A DNA stretch of 64,000 bases, taken from contig OY729416.1 of assembly GCA_963422265.1 (NCBI GenBank), forward strand, positions 736,001-800,000, read 5' to 3'. Made by a program: the position numbers and the translations under genes. Origin of the DNA: Thermodesulfobacteriota bacterium (GTDB taxonomy: Bacteria; Desulfobacterota_D; UBA1144; Nemesobacterales; UBA2774). Position 1 is the stretch's first letter. Each line of letters opens with the position of its first letter. Under the pieces are notes generated by a model, which made no database searches, had not been told where the DNA came from, and saw only the letters and a program-made list of their open reading frames with translations. Shown piece after piece: positions 37,792 through 47,644 of this stretch.

Positions 37792-39381
37792 GTGAACGCT
37801 ATGCCCAAGATCAATAGGCGAGACTTTATTCTATGCTCAATAACGGGAGCTCTATTTCCGCTTACGTTTATGGTTGCATATTTAGGCGTTCTATCGTGGG
37901 TGTTGCTTATTCCTTTCTTCCTAGCAATAGAAAAAAAATCATCTCGGGACGCCTTTATCTTAGGGGTTCTGACGGGAATAATCGTAAACTTTATCGGTGC
38001 CTACTGGCTTGTAGGAACCCTTAGCAGGTTCGGCGGTTTCCCTATTATTATAAGCTTTATTTTTATAGTTATATTAAGCGCTTACTCAGGACTATCACTG
38101 GGAATATTCTCCTACATAGCGGCGAGATTCGGATTTTTTAGAAGACAGGGAATAGTTTCAGCCCTTCTGATAGCTTCTCTATGGACGTCAGTAGAATTTC
38201 TGTTTCCCTTTCTCTTTCCCTACGCGATAGGCAACACCCAGGCTGACTATATACCCATTATTCAAATCGTTGACCTTTTCGGTATATATGCCCTGAGCTT
38301 TATTATCGTGATTGCCAACGTAACGGTAATGAGAACATTAAAGCTCCTCACGAGAAGCGGGCGCGTTCCCACCCTTGAGGCTATTGCGGCGCTCGTCCTG
38401 ATCACTCTAACGTTGTCATATGGGTATTGGAAAATAAAACAGGTGAACAAAGGGATAGCGGAAGCCGATAAAATCAAAATAGGCATGGTGCAGGCAAATT
38501 TTGACTTCCTTGAAAAAACGGAAAACCTCGAGCCTATCGTAACGGAAAGACACAAGCAGATGTCCCGCGGATTGGAATCGGCGGACGTAATTATCTGGCC
38601 AGAGACCGCACTGCAGGCATGGTTCCCAACTTCCTCTGACCATTTAATGGTAAGGGGCGAAATGGGAGTGCCCAGCATGGAAGGAAAATACTTTATAGTG
38701 GGGGGGATGTCCCACACGCTAGCCAATCCCGACTCAGGAATAACTACCGAAGAGAACATCACAGCCTACAATACAGCCTTTCTGACTGATTCAAACGGGC
38801 TGATCTTAGGCAGGTATCATAAAATTAAACTTTTGCTCTTTGGAGAATACCTGCCCTTTGCAAAATATTTTCCCTTTCTCAAACGAATAAGCCCTGCTTC
38901 CGGCGACTTTACGCCTGGGGATGAGCTCAATTTACTTAGTATCAAAGAAAAGAGTGTCCGCATAGCACCCATTATATGTTATGAGGATATAATTCCATCG
39001 TTTAGCAGAAAATTCGTGAACAAGGGCGCTAACCTGATAGTGAACATCACTAACGACGCATGGTTTGGAAAAACTATAGCTCCCTACCAACACCTGTTTA
39101 TATCAATACCTAGGGCTATTGAGACCAGAAAATATCTCGTGAGATCTACAAACACAGGGATCAGCGCAATTATAGACCCAGTGGGAAGAGTAGTCCAGAA
39201 AACCGATACGTTTGTGCAAACTAACGTTGAGGGAGAAGTAGGTATTATGGAAGGAGAAAAAACACTATACGTAAAAATAGGAGATGTCTTTCCTATAGCT
39301 TGTCTTATTTTTTTGCTAGGCTTTACCGCGGTGGAAAGATTATATGGTGCGCAAAGATTAAGAGGAAAGAACGTCTCGTAA
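37792..39381 (+). CDS. lnt: apolipoprotein N-acyltransferase
   Basis: WPE, YHK..LL.FGEY, ICYE, NITNDAWF, STNTGIS. Confidence 0.95.
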   Translation: MNAMPKINRRDFILCSITGALFPLTFMVAYLGVLSWVLLIPFFLAIEKKSSRDAFILGVLTGIIVNFIGAYWLVGTLSRFGGFPIIISFIFIVILSAYSGLSLGIFSYIAARFGFFRRQGIVSALLIASLWTSVEFLFPFLFPYAIGNTQADYIPIIQIVDLFGIYALSFIIVIANVTVMRTLKLLTRSGRVPTLEAIAALVLITLTLSYGYWKIKQVNKGIAEADKIKIGMVQANFDFLEKTENLEPIVTERHKQMSRGLESADVIIWPETALQAWFPTSSDHLMVRGEMGVPSMEGKYFIVGGMSHTLANPDSGITTEENITAYNTAFLTDSNGLILGRYHKIKLLLFGEYLPFAKYFPFLKRISPASGDFTPGDELNLLSIKEKSVRIAPIICYEDIIPSFSRKFVNKGANLIVNITNDAWFGKTIAPYQHLFISIPRAIETRKYLVRSTNTGISAIIDPVGRVVQKTDTFVQTNVEGEVGIMEGEKTLYVKIGDVFPIACLIFLLGFTAVERLYGAQRLRGKNVS

Positions 39382-40455
39382 AGCTATCAAAAAAGCCTCA
39401 TTCTCATGCGGCGCTCCGATTGTAACTCGCAGGCAATTCTTTAGCCTCCCCAGGCTATGAAAATTTCTTATCAAAACGCCTTTTTTTATCAGCTTATTAA
39501 ATATAACGCCTGCGCCTTTCACTCTGAAAAATATAAAATTGGCATCGCTCCTATACACGTCTAAGCCACCAATTTCAGAGAGTCTATCGTAAACTCTATG
39601 CCTCTCTTTGAGAATAAGCTGAACATTTTCATTGACAAACTCGAGATCGTTAAGAATGACTTCAGCAACCTCCTGACTTAAGGAGTTAACATTATAGGGG
39701 TAACGAACTTTGTTTATTTCACGAACAAGACCTTCTCTGGCATACAAAATACCGAGCCTCAAACCGGCAAAGCCAACTTTGGACAACGTCCTTAATATGA
39801 CAAGATTGTCGTATTCCTCTAAAAGAGGCATAAACGTATGTCCGCTGAAATCAGAGTATGCCTCGTCAATTACTACGACCCCTTCCGAGCAATCCAAAAT
39901 CTCTCTTATCTTGCTACTTGAAAACGCATTACCCGTAGGATTATTCGGTGACGCTAGGAAAATTAGATCAGGGTTGTTTTTGTTAATAGCTTCAATTGTT
40001 ACCGCGCTATCAATATCAAATTGCTCGTCAAGCGGAAGCTCTATCAACTCCATACCCATTGCTAAGCCCGTCAATCCATACATGGAGAAAGTAGGCGTGG
40101 GATATAAGATTTTTTTAGTTCCTCCTGAAAAAGTGGTTATAAGCATTCCAATAAGCTCATCTGAGCCGTTACCCAAGAGTATTCTATCTTTGGAAAAGCC
40201 GCTTACCTTTGAGATGATATTCCTTAAGTTCTTTGCCTCAGGATCGGGATATCTATTAACTTCAACCTTTCTGATTGCATTTTGAACCATAGTCTCTAGC
40301 CCTTTGGAGAGAGCAAAGGGACTTTCATTCCCATCCAACCTTACGGCACAGTCAAGCCGCGGGGCAGAGTAAGCTGAAAGCTCACGTAAAGACTTCCTCA
40401 CCCTTGATTCTATAAGCCTTGCCTCAGTTATTTGATTCGTTTTCTGTTGGCTCAT
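39358..40455 (-). CDS. hisC: histidinol-phosphate aminotransferase
   Basis: NESP, NRYPD, GNGSDE, SPNNPTG, DEAY, RTLSK; adjacent to hisD. Confidence 0.93.
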   Translation of the reverse strand: MSQQKTNQITEARLIESRVRKSLRELSAYSAPRLDCAVRLDGNESPFALSKGLETMVQNAIRKVEVNRYPDPEAKNLRNIISKVSGFSKDRILLGNGSDELIGMLITTFSGGTKKILYPTPTFSMYGLTGLAMGMELIELPLDEQFDIDSAVTIEAINKNNPDLIFLASPNNPTGNAFSSSKIREILDCSEGVVVIDEAYSDFSGHTFMPLLEEYDNLVILRTLSKVGFAGLRLGILYAREGLVREINKVRYPYNVNSLSQEVAEVILNDLEFVNENVQLILKERHRVYDRLSEIGGLDVYRSDANFIFFRVKGAGVIFNKLIKKGVLIRNFHSLGRLKNCLRVTIGAPHENEAFLIALRDVLSS

Positions 40456-40545
40456 TTTGAGTGTTTCCGAAAGATTCGTCGCCGCCGCTTAACAGCTACG
40501 TTCCCACGTGCACTATTAAGCTGGGATAACCTAAAAACCCTTATA

Positions 40546-41838
40546 TTAAGCTTGGTTAGATCGCACTTTAACTGAAAGGGCGTGCGCCTCGAGACTCTCG
40601 CTGTAGGCAAGGTTCATAACTGAGTCACTTAAACTATCAAATCCTTCCTTTGAAATTGAGATTACGCTTGGCATTCTCAAGAAATTATAAACGCTCAGAG
40701 GAGAGGAAAACCTTGCGGAGCCTCCAGTGGGTAAAACGTGGCTGGGTCCTGCAATGTAATCGCCAAACGCCTCCGTTGACATTGAGCCTAGAAAAATTGC
40801 CCCAGCGTGTTTGACCTTGCTAAGAAGATTTTTAGGATTTTTCACGCAAAGCTCAAGGTGCTCCGGAGCTAAAGCATTTGCAATCTCCACCGCTTGATCC
40901 ATAGTTTTAACAACAAACGCCCTGCCTTGGCTCTTAACCGACTCGGAGGCAATATGCCTTCTTGATAGATTGCTCAATTGTGATGCAACCTCTTTAGCTA
41001 CTTCCTTAGCAAAGTTAGGTGAAGTCGTAACCAAAATGGGCACTGCCATTTCGTCATGTTCGGCTTGAGCCAATAGATCAGCCGCTATCCAGCTTGCAGG
41101 AGCGCTCCCATCAGCAATGATCAACACCTCGCTCGGGCCAGCGATCATATCAATATCAACTTCGCCATACACGAGCTTCTTTGCAATCGTAACGTATATA
41201 TTCCCAGGTCCAACAATAACGTCCACCTTGGGAACTGACTCTGTGCCGTAGGCTAGAGCCGCTATTGCTTGAGCCCCTCCAATTTTGTAAATAGAATCGA
41301 CTTCCGCTATCTTTGCAGCTACTAAAACCACAGGGTTTATCTCGCCATTCGGGCAAGGGGTAACCAAAACAACGTCCCTAACCCCCGCCACCTTTGCTGG
41401 TATAGCGGTCATTAGCACCGTTGATGGATATGCAGCCTTTCCACCTGGAACGTATAGACCTGCTCTCTCAACGGGACGTATAATCCAACCGAGTTCATTA
41501 CCTAGATTATCCTTGAAAGTATTTTCAAGCGGAAGTTTTTGATTATGAAAATTGTGTATCCTCTCAGCGGCGGATAAAAGGTCTGACTTCAATCGTTGAG
41601 AAACGCTGGATTCTGCTTTCTCAATTTCTTTTGACGTTACTTTAACCTTTCTTGGGCTAAGTTCTACGTTGTCTAATCTCTTAGAATAAGTAAAAAGCGC
41701 CCTATCTCCATCTCTTCTAACGTCATCAATAATCTTTCTGGTGGTAGATTCAAGCTCTTTATCTCTAAGGGATGAGCTTCTCCTTAGACTTTTTAGCTGT
41801 TCGTCAAGATTTTTTTTATTTATCCGCACTATCTTCAT
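40546..41838 (-). CDS. hisD: histidinol dehydrogenase
   Basis: [38 protein letters not shown]. Confidence 0.96.
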   Translation of the reverse strand: MKIVRINKKNLDEQLKSLRRSSSLRDKELESTTRKIIDDVRRDGDRALFTYSKRLDNVELSPRKVKVTSKEIEKAESSVSQRLKSDLLSAAERIHNFHNQKLPLENTFKDNLGNELGWIIRPVERAGLYVPGGKAAYPSTVLMTAIPAKVAGVRDVVLVTPCPNGEINPVVLVAAKIAEVDSIYKIGGAQAIAALAYGTESVPKVDVIVGPGNIYVTIAKKLVYGEVDIDMIAGPSEVLIIADGSAPASWIAADLLAQAEHDEMAVPILVTTSPNFAKEVAKEVASQLSNLSRRHIASESVKSQGRAFVVKTMDQAVEIANALAPEHLELCVKNPKNLLSKVKHAGAIFLGSMSTEAFGDYIAGPSHVLPTGGSARFSSPLSVYNFLRMPSVISISKEGFDSLSDSVMNLAYSESLEAHALSVKVRSNQA

Positions 41839-41929
41839 AGTGAAGTGGGATTATACATAGTAAACGGGGTAATCAAAAGAAAAACCTACGTTCCAGAATA
41901 TATCCGCAGATTACGGTTTGGGAAGATGG

Positions 41930-42140
41930 CTTGGAATGACAGAAGGAGGAAACTCGTTCCCCGTTTCTCTGTCAAATCCCCCTTTTCTAAAGGGGGAAAG
42001 CAAAGGAACTGGATTCCCGTTCAAGGCGGGAATGACAGAGATAGGAGGCAGAGGTAGCGTAGAAGGACGGACCCTCGCGATTGTCCTGAACCTGTTGAAG
42101 CAGGGTTACCCCTACAAATGGAACGGACGGGAATGAGTCC
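41930..42140. repeat. cluster of degenerate REP-like palindromes
   Basis: CCCCCTTT-TCT-AAAGGGGG hairpin; GGATTCCCG..CGGGAATGAC hairpin; GTAG..CCCCTAC; two GGAATGACAGA copies. Confidence 0.55.
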
Positions 42141-42284
42141 TTGAAACAACCCCTCAGCGTCGCTTGGGATACGATTCAAAGCAACGAGACTCATGCCTCA
42201 GACGCACCCGCCCCTAATCGGCATTTCCTTAACAACGGAAATCTAGAAGAGACGTGGATTAACGGAGATCAGAAAAAGATTAGA

Positions 42285-42312
42285 TTGACACGCATCATAA
42301 GGGAAATATAAT
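42285..42312 (+). promoter_or_regulatory. consensus sigma70 promoter
   Basis: TTGACA-16 nt-TATAAT, 33 nt upstream of the ATG at 42346. Confidence 0.75.
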
Positions 42313-42345
42313 CTTAACTTTACGACTGAATCGGCAGAGGATACG

Positions 42346-43620
42346 ATGGAATATAAGTATGAAAAGGCGGAAAAAGATCTTAGCGCAAAACTTGTCAATT
42401 ACTCAGAGAGTCCTGAAATACAATCCCAGATGGGAGAGGCTTTCTACGTATGGAAAAACGACCCTGATTTCATAAGCGAAGAGATAACAGCAGAAGAGAT
42501 AGATGACGTAACCTTTGAGAAATTTTTTGATTGGTTCATATATGACTTTAAGCTGCTTGACTCACAAGAGAGAATAATAGACAGATACTACAGGGAAGAA
42601 AACGGCAAACTGTCTCCAATTGAGCAAAGAATGCTCAAAGATTGGAAAGAGAACCTATATAGCTTTTTTGAAGTCGAGGACGTATCAGTCGGTCAGGGTT
42701 GCCTGATAAGAGATATATTTACAAACAAGTTAATAGAAGTTTCTGATAAGTCCTCTTCGAAAGGGATAAAACGCTCTGATATAATAGGGGCAAGACCCCT
42801 TATATCTGAAAAACACTCTTATTTCTCAGGCGTCGTATCCGTATATCCCGCCACGTTCAAGGGCTTAATAATCAACTTCTTCAATAACGAATATAAACAA
42901 TACAGGAAGCTGCAAGGCAAGGAAAAAACAAAACGAGACTACTTAAAAGATTTGGGATTTCTAACAGGAAATTACGTAGAAAATATAGTGAGTCAACCCC
43001 GCTTCATCACCCCAGAAGGAGAAGAATTTATTTTAGCGTCGGCAACCTATCAACTAAACGATTATACAAAAGTCTTAAGGAAGATAGAAAGAATTAAATC
43101 ATTAAAAAGAATAGGGAAAGACTCAGATGAATTGAACGTATTTACATGGGAAAAGCGAGGGAAAAACCAAATCGCTGGCACCCTGGAGATTGAAAGCCAA
43201 AGACTACGGGTAGAGTGCCACTCGCTTGAGATGCTTAACAAAGCCAAAGCTAAAATAGAAAAGGATCTAAAAGGCCTCATACGACATTTAGAAGACTTAA
43301 CGAGAGAGTCAAAGGAGTTTATCAATAAAAAGGAAGGAAGGTCAGAAAGGTTAAACAAACTTCCTCTTGGGGCTAAAAGCGAAAACGAGCTAAACCGGAT
43401 TCTTGATGAGCATTATGATAAGTGGATTGATCAACCCCTATCGCTTCTAGGTGGATTGACCCCTAATGAGGCTTTGAAGTCAAATGCTGATAGAGAAAGG
43501 CTAAACTCAATTGTGAATGAGCTTGAAATTATGTATGAACAAGCGAAAAAGCGCGGAGAGCCTTATTACGACGTTCAGAAACTGAGAAAGAGATTAAGAT
43601 TGGAACACGGAACGGATTAG
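42346..43620 (+). CDS. hypothetical protein with C-terminal Xre/MbcA/ParS-like (DUF2384-type) motif
   Basis: 424-aa ORF with GAGGA SD; FFDWFIYD and SFFEV N-terminal motifs; WIDQPLSLLGGLTPNEA near C-terminus. Confidence 0.7.
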   Translation: MEYKYEKAEKDLSAKLVNYSESPEIQSQMGEAFYVWKNDPDFISEEITAEEIDDVTFEKFFDWFIYDFKLLDSQERIIDRYYREENGKLSPIEQRMLKDWKENLYSFFEVEDVSVGQGCLIRDIFTNKLIEVSDKSSSKGIKRSDIIGARPLISEKHSYFSGVVSVYPATFKGLIINFFNNEYKQYRKLQGKEKTKRDYLKDLGFLTGNYVENIVSQPRFITPEGEEFILASATYQLNDYTKVLRKIERIKSLKRIGKDSDELNVFTWEKRGKNQIAGTLEIESQRLRVECHSLEMLNKAKAKIEKDLKGLIRHLEDLTRESKEFINKKEGRSERLNKLPLGAKSENELNRILDEHYDKWIDQPLSLLGGLTPNEALKSNADRERLNSIVNELEIMYEQAKKRGEPYYDVQKLRKRLRLEHGTD

Positions 43621-43625
43621 GAACT

Positions 43626-44120
43626 TTAAGAATACAATTTCTTGTTTCTAGCACCCCCATATAAGAAGCGCACGACTAAAATCATTAACGCCGCCAGGGT
43701 TACCTGAAGAACAATTACGGATACTATTTTAAGGTAAGCAAAGTCTGGACTTACGTAACGTATTAGCCATCCACCTGTAATATCGCCTAGAGCCGAAGTG
43801 AACGATCCCACTATGAGAAGCAGTTTCCAGAAGTCGCCGATTTTGGCAAATAGAACAAGGTGGTTAAGGGTTACTAATAGTATAGCCATGGCGAAAAAGT
43901 GGAAATGAGCTTCCTCCAACATTCCAAGGTAGCTTCTAGGTGGCCTGAAACTCTCCTCTGAGCCTAGATAATACTCTACAACCGATTCATAACTAAAGCC
44001 GATTTGCAGATACAAAAGAAGGTTAGTAAGCCACAGGAAGAAAAAAAACAAAACGGTAAAGGCTATAATTAGCCTTAGTAACGTATTCTTTCTAATGTCA
44101 GAGGAAATAAAAAAACGCAA
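43626..44120 (-). CDS. 4-TM inner-membrane protein with H72/H74/H87 in one helix
   Basis: Hydrophobic segments, YYLG loop, HFHFFAM..LNH; 13 nt downstream of the FMN-binding gene. Confidence 0.75.
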   Translation of the reverse strand: MRFFISSDIRKNTLLRLIIAFTVLFFFFLWLTNLLLYLQIGFSYESVVEYYLGSEESFRPPRSYLGMLEEAHFHFFAMAILLVTLNHLVLFAKIGDFWKLLLIVGSFTSALGDITGGWLIRYVSPDFAYLKIVSVIVLQVTLAALMILVVRFLYGGARNKKLYS

Positions 44121-44133
44121 ACTGCGCCCCCAC

Positions 44134-44685
44134 TTAATTTAGCTGACCGTTATGGAGAGCCATTCTAACAACGTTCAACACCTTTCTCGTTGATTGTGCA
44201 AACGAGTTTGCCGTTATGGTAGCCCCGGTTATATTAGGCAAATCGTTACCCACCTTCAGGGAATCGCGCGTTCCCCTTTCTTTAAAGAGATCAAGCCAGC
44301 TATTTCCCGCCATATAATCAGTCGGCTCAAAGAATGCCAGTATCTCAACGTGCCTCAACGTAACGTCCGAATCAATAACATACATAACCGTCTCAGTTTT
44401 CGTTCTTAACAAATGGGTATCTATTACGGCGTAACCTAATACTTTCTCTCCTATCGTAGCTTTATAGATGACGTATAGGCTCGAATAGATCCTGGCTTTG
44501 GATAAAACCTCGATCTTCCTAGCCTGCTCTTTTGACAGATAAACGTGTTTTTTCTCTATAACCTCTGCCCCCGGAAAAGCGGTATTGAGCGCCTCTTCCC
44601 TTTTCATAAAGACCTTAGACGCCGAAGGTAAAGTCATAAACAACAATAGTGCTAAAATCGTAAGCGCCGTTAATTTTCTCTTCAT
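44134..44685 (-). CDS. exported FMN-binding domain protein
   Basis: Signal peptide, EILAFFEP..Y, C-terminal ITGATIT flavinylation motif. Confidence 0.8.
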   Translation of the reverse strand: MKRKLTALTILALLLFMTLPSASKVFMKREEALNTAFPGAEVIEKKHVYLSKEQARKIEVLSKARIYSSLYVIYKATIGEKVLGYAVIDTHLLRTKTETVMYVIDSDVTLRHVEILAFFEPTDYMAGNSWLDLFKERGTRDSLKVGNDLPNITGATITANSFAQSTRKVLNVVRMALHNGQLN

Positions 44686-44773
44686 TCATTTACCAAATTA
44701 CTAACATAAAACGACAATTGCACGCATTCTTAAATTTATTTTACTCTATATTCATTCCTTACATAGAAATAAT

Positions 44774-44807
44774 GGTAGGGTATGGAACGTAAACGCCACG
44801 CCCTACC
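44774..44807. other. intergenic stem-loop (GTAG-type REP-like, possible RNA stabiliser) between the porin and FMN-binding genes
   Basis: GGTAGGGTATGG..CCACGCCCTACC. Confidence 0.55.
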
Positions 44808-44829
44808 AAATCGCATATTTAACTATGAC

Positions 44830-46257
44830 TTAAAACACATATCCAAGACCGAAATTAAATTGATTAGCTCGGGATTCCTTAGACTCGTGGTCAAGCCACT
44901 GATATTCAGCCTTAACAACGACATTGGGAATAGGTTTATAATTAAGCCCAAACGTTAGATCTCTCCTGTCGTTCGCAGGGTTACGCTTAAAACCAGAAGG
45001 GACCTCTGCTTGCGTATCATACTGCTCCCACCTAACAAATGAAGCCAAGTATTGAGCATATTGGCTCGAAAAACCCGTGGAAGAAAGTAAGTTATAGGCG
45101 CCTAATAGATAGTAACCCGTCTGCTTGCTCCCTACGGATTTGTCCTCTTCAAACTCATTGAGAGCATTGATCTCCGCAGCGTCCTCTAACTTTGTAAACA
45201 CATACATTCCCCTCGCTTCAAACCCCCTATACTGAAGCTGCGCGTCAGCCTCATACATCTGGAAGAAGCCTTTTACCTTTTTACTATCCGTTCCCTCATT
45301 GATTTTTCTATCTTGTCCGGTATTACCAGCGAATATGGATCCGCCGATTGATAAGTAAGGGATAGGCTCATACTCTACTCTCCCAACAAAGGCTATGTCA
45401 TTAAAGCGCGCCCTGTTTCCCTTAACCCTAAGCGATCTATTATCTGCAGCTTTGAATCCTTTGGCGTCAAAGCTGTTCATTGCATAAGCCCTATAGCTGA
45501 TGGATCCTGCGCCTTGTAAATCAAAATCACCGAATATGCCTAAGCCGTTTTCCCTCCAAGTCGTGGGAATAATTTGTCTCTCAATAGAGGGTCTAAACAC
45601 GCCGAAGAAGGTCGTAGGTTCATGCACCTCGTTGGTTAACCCAAAGGGTGCGAGCAAAAGCCCCCCTCTAAGGTTGAATCCTGGTGTTATAAGGAAATCC
45701 AGCAGTGCAAATTCGGCGGAGACGGAACCCTCTTTGCCGTCCTTGTTTGACCCCGTAGTCGCATGTTCAAACTCTAGCTCGGAGTTGAAAACTATCCTAT
45801 CAGTAAATTTATATCCAAAGTAGAGAACCGCCCGCTGCGCGTCAACGACGTCGTCTTTATCCCCTTTTACTACTTTGCCAATAGCCAACTCACCGTAACC
45901 ACCTATAGATAATCCTTTGTCTTTCAAATAGATCTTTGAGGCTGCAGGACCAGCACCGTAAACCTGCTCGTAAGTAGGATCATCAACAATGGAAGCAGAC
46001 TTAATGTTATCTATTTCCTCAGCAAGAACCCTTAATTTATCCTCTATAGAATTTAATCTATCGTCAGGCGTGCCTTTGGACTTGAGATCGTTAAGCTCCT
46101 GCATGACGCTTTCAAGTCTCTTCTCCAATTCTCCTATTCTGCTGTCTCGCTCTTGAGAAAATACGTTTCCAGCAGATAAAAGAAACATGGCTAATAGGAA
46201 AAGACTTAAAACGTATCGCCCTCTGTTAAAGGTGAAAAGGGACAATATATAACTCAT
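44830..46257 (-). CDS. outer-membrane beta-barrel porin with N-terminal coiled coil
   Basis: Signal peptide, ELEKRLE coiled coil, IGGYGE, FNSELEFEH, HEPTTF, IIPTTWRE, C-terminal GLGYVF. Confidence 0.8.
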   Translation of the reverse strand: MSYILSLFTFNRGRYVLSLFLLAMFLLSAGNVFSQERDSRIGELEKRLESVMQELNDLKSKGTPDDRLNSIEDKLRVLAEEIDNIKSASIVDDPTYEQVYGAGPAASKIYLKDKGLSIGGYGELAIGKVVKGDKDDVVDAQRAVLYFGYKFTDRIVFNSELEFEHATTGSNKDGKEGSVSAEFALLDFLITPGFNLRGGLLLAPFGLTNEVHEPTTFFGVFRPSIERQIIPTTWRENGLGIFGDFDLQGAGSISYRAYAMNSFDAKGFKAADNRSLRVKGNRARFNDIAFVGRVEYEPIPYLSIGGSIFAGNTGQDRKINEGTDSKKVKGFFQMYEADAQLQYRGFEARGMYVFTKLEDAAEINALNEFEEDKSVGSKQTGYYLLGAYNLLSSTGFSSQYAQYLASFVRWEQYDTQAEVPSGFKRNPANDRRDLTFGLNYKPIPNVVVKAEYQWLDHESKESRANQFNFGLGYVF

Positions 46258-46298
46258 GATACATACCCCCTTAGAAATTAATATTGATTTTCAAAACC

Positions 46299-46345
46299 AA
46301 TTTATATTAACGCAGCATTTTGTCAAGAAAATGATTATCATATTC
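46299..46345 (-). promoter_or_regulatory. porin operon promoter with adjacent Fur-box-like site
   Basis: Minus-strand TTGACA (46321-46326), 16 nt, TAAATT; plus-strand GAAAATGATTATCATATTC at 46327-46345 matches 15/19 of GATAATGATAATCATTATC. Confidence 0.65.
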
Positions 46346-46688
46346 AATTAAATTTAACGTAGAGATACAACACTAAAGATAGATTTCTCCCCAGGGTCAA
46401 AACGACGGTAGGCAAAGTTGAACACTTACGCTGAATACTGAAATAAACACAGAGCAGTCTTTGTTAAGTACGACGAAGTGGGGGAGGAACTTCTTACGCG
46501 TGATATAGATTAAAGAAGGTATTAAAATACAGTCCCCCAGAGCAGAGTACCCTGTCATTCGCGCGCATAGGAAGAGGGAAAAGAGAACAAACTACCATCT
46601 AACTCGTTTTAGAATCTCTTTTAGAATGAGTATAATTAAACAACCATCAAAGAATCCACCACTATAATACTCATATTGAATAATAACT

Positions 46689-47624
46689 ATGCGCTTTCCT
46701 GAATACTTTATAGACAAAAGAAAAAAACCAGTTATCTCTTTTGAAATATTCCCTCCAAAAACGGAAAAGGGAAAGGAAAGGCTTTATCCGGTTCTCGCCG
46801 AGCTTGCAGAGTTAGGCCCAAGCTACATAACCGTAACTTATGGAGCTATGGGAACTACTCGCGAAATGACCCTTGATATAGCTTTACTAATTAAGAAAAA
46901 CTTCAATATAGAATCGGCTTGCCATCTCACGTGCGTCGGATCATCAAGAAAAGACCTCGACCAACAACTGTGTAGAATATACGATGCGGGAATAAGTAAC
47001 ATAGTAGCCATAAGGGGCGATCCGCCAAAGGGAGAAACCAAATTTGCGCCTCCACATGATGGCTATTCATACGCCTCTGAGCTGGTAAAACACATAAGAG
47101 ACTTTGAACGGCGGCGTACAGGAAGGAAACGCTTAGGGATTGCCGTCGGCGGATACCCTGAAAAACACCCGGAATCGCCTGATTTTCAATCAGACGTTGA
47201 CAACCTGAAGCGAAAAATAGATAACGGCGCCGATATAGTAATAACTCAGCTTTTTTTTGATAACTCACATTACTTCAAATTCGTAAGGAAAGCCCGCTCC
47301 ATCGGTATCACTGCACCTATAATCCCAGGGCTAATGCCAATTCTTTCCGTAAGGCAGATCGAGCGTATTACCTCTATATGCGGTTCAACAATCCCAGTAG
47401 GTCTTAAGCGCAAGCTTGATAAAGCGTCCAATAGCGACGAAGAGACCTGTGAGATAGGTATAGCACAGTGCATAAAACAAACCAAAGAGCTTCTTGCTTA
47501 CGGTGCTCCCGGCGTTCACTTTTACGTGCTTAACAAGTCTCATCAGATGAGAAACATTATAGAAGCCCTCAAGCCTGAACGTTGCAAAGAACAAAATGAC
47601 AGAATTGCGCTCAATAACTTTTAG
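46689..47624 (+). CDS. metF: 5,10-methylenetetrahydrofolate reductase
   Basis: SFEIFPPK, VTYGA, HLTC, RGDPP, YPEKHP, ITQLFFDN, HFY.LN. Confidence 0.95.
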   Translation: MRFPEYFIDKRKKPVISFEIFPPKTEKGKERLYPVLAELAELGPSYITVTYGAMGTTREMTLDIALLIKKNFNIESACHLTCVGSSRKDLDQQLCRIYDAGISNIVAIRGDPPKGETKFAPPHDGYSYASELVKHIRDFERRRTGRKRLGIAVGGYPEKHPESPDFQSDVDNLKRKIDNGADIVITQLFFDNSHYFKFVRKARSIGITAPIIPGLMPILSVRQIERITSICGSTIPVGLKRKLDKASNSDEETCEIGIAQCIKQTKELLAYGAPGVHFYVLNKSHQMRNIIEALKPERCKEQNDRIALNNF

Positions 47625-47644
47625 TAGACAAAGGAGCTGACCGT

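Noticed and set aside
41845..42136. ORFs 41845-42057 and 41918-42136 as genes
   Set aside because: They are translations of palindromic repeats with no SD or protein-like features
46346..46688. SAM riboswitch upstream of metF
   Set aside because: No SAM-I core (ATC.AGAG..GAGGGA..GCCC..GAA.CC) or other recognisable SAM/SAH motif found by eye
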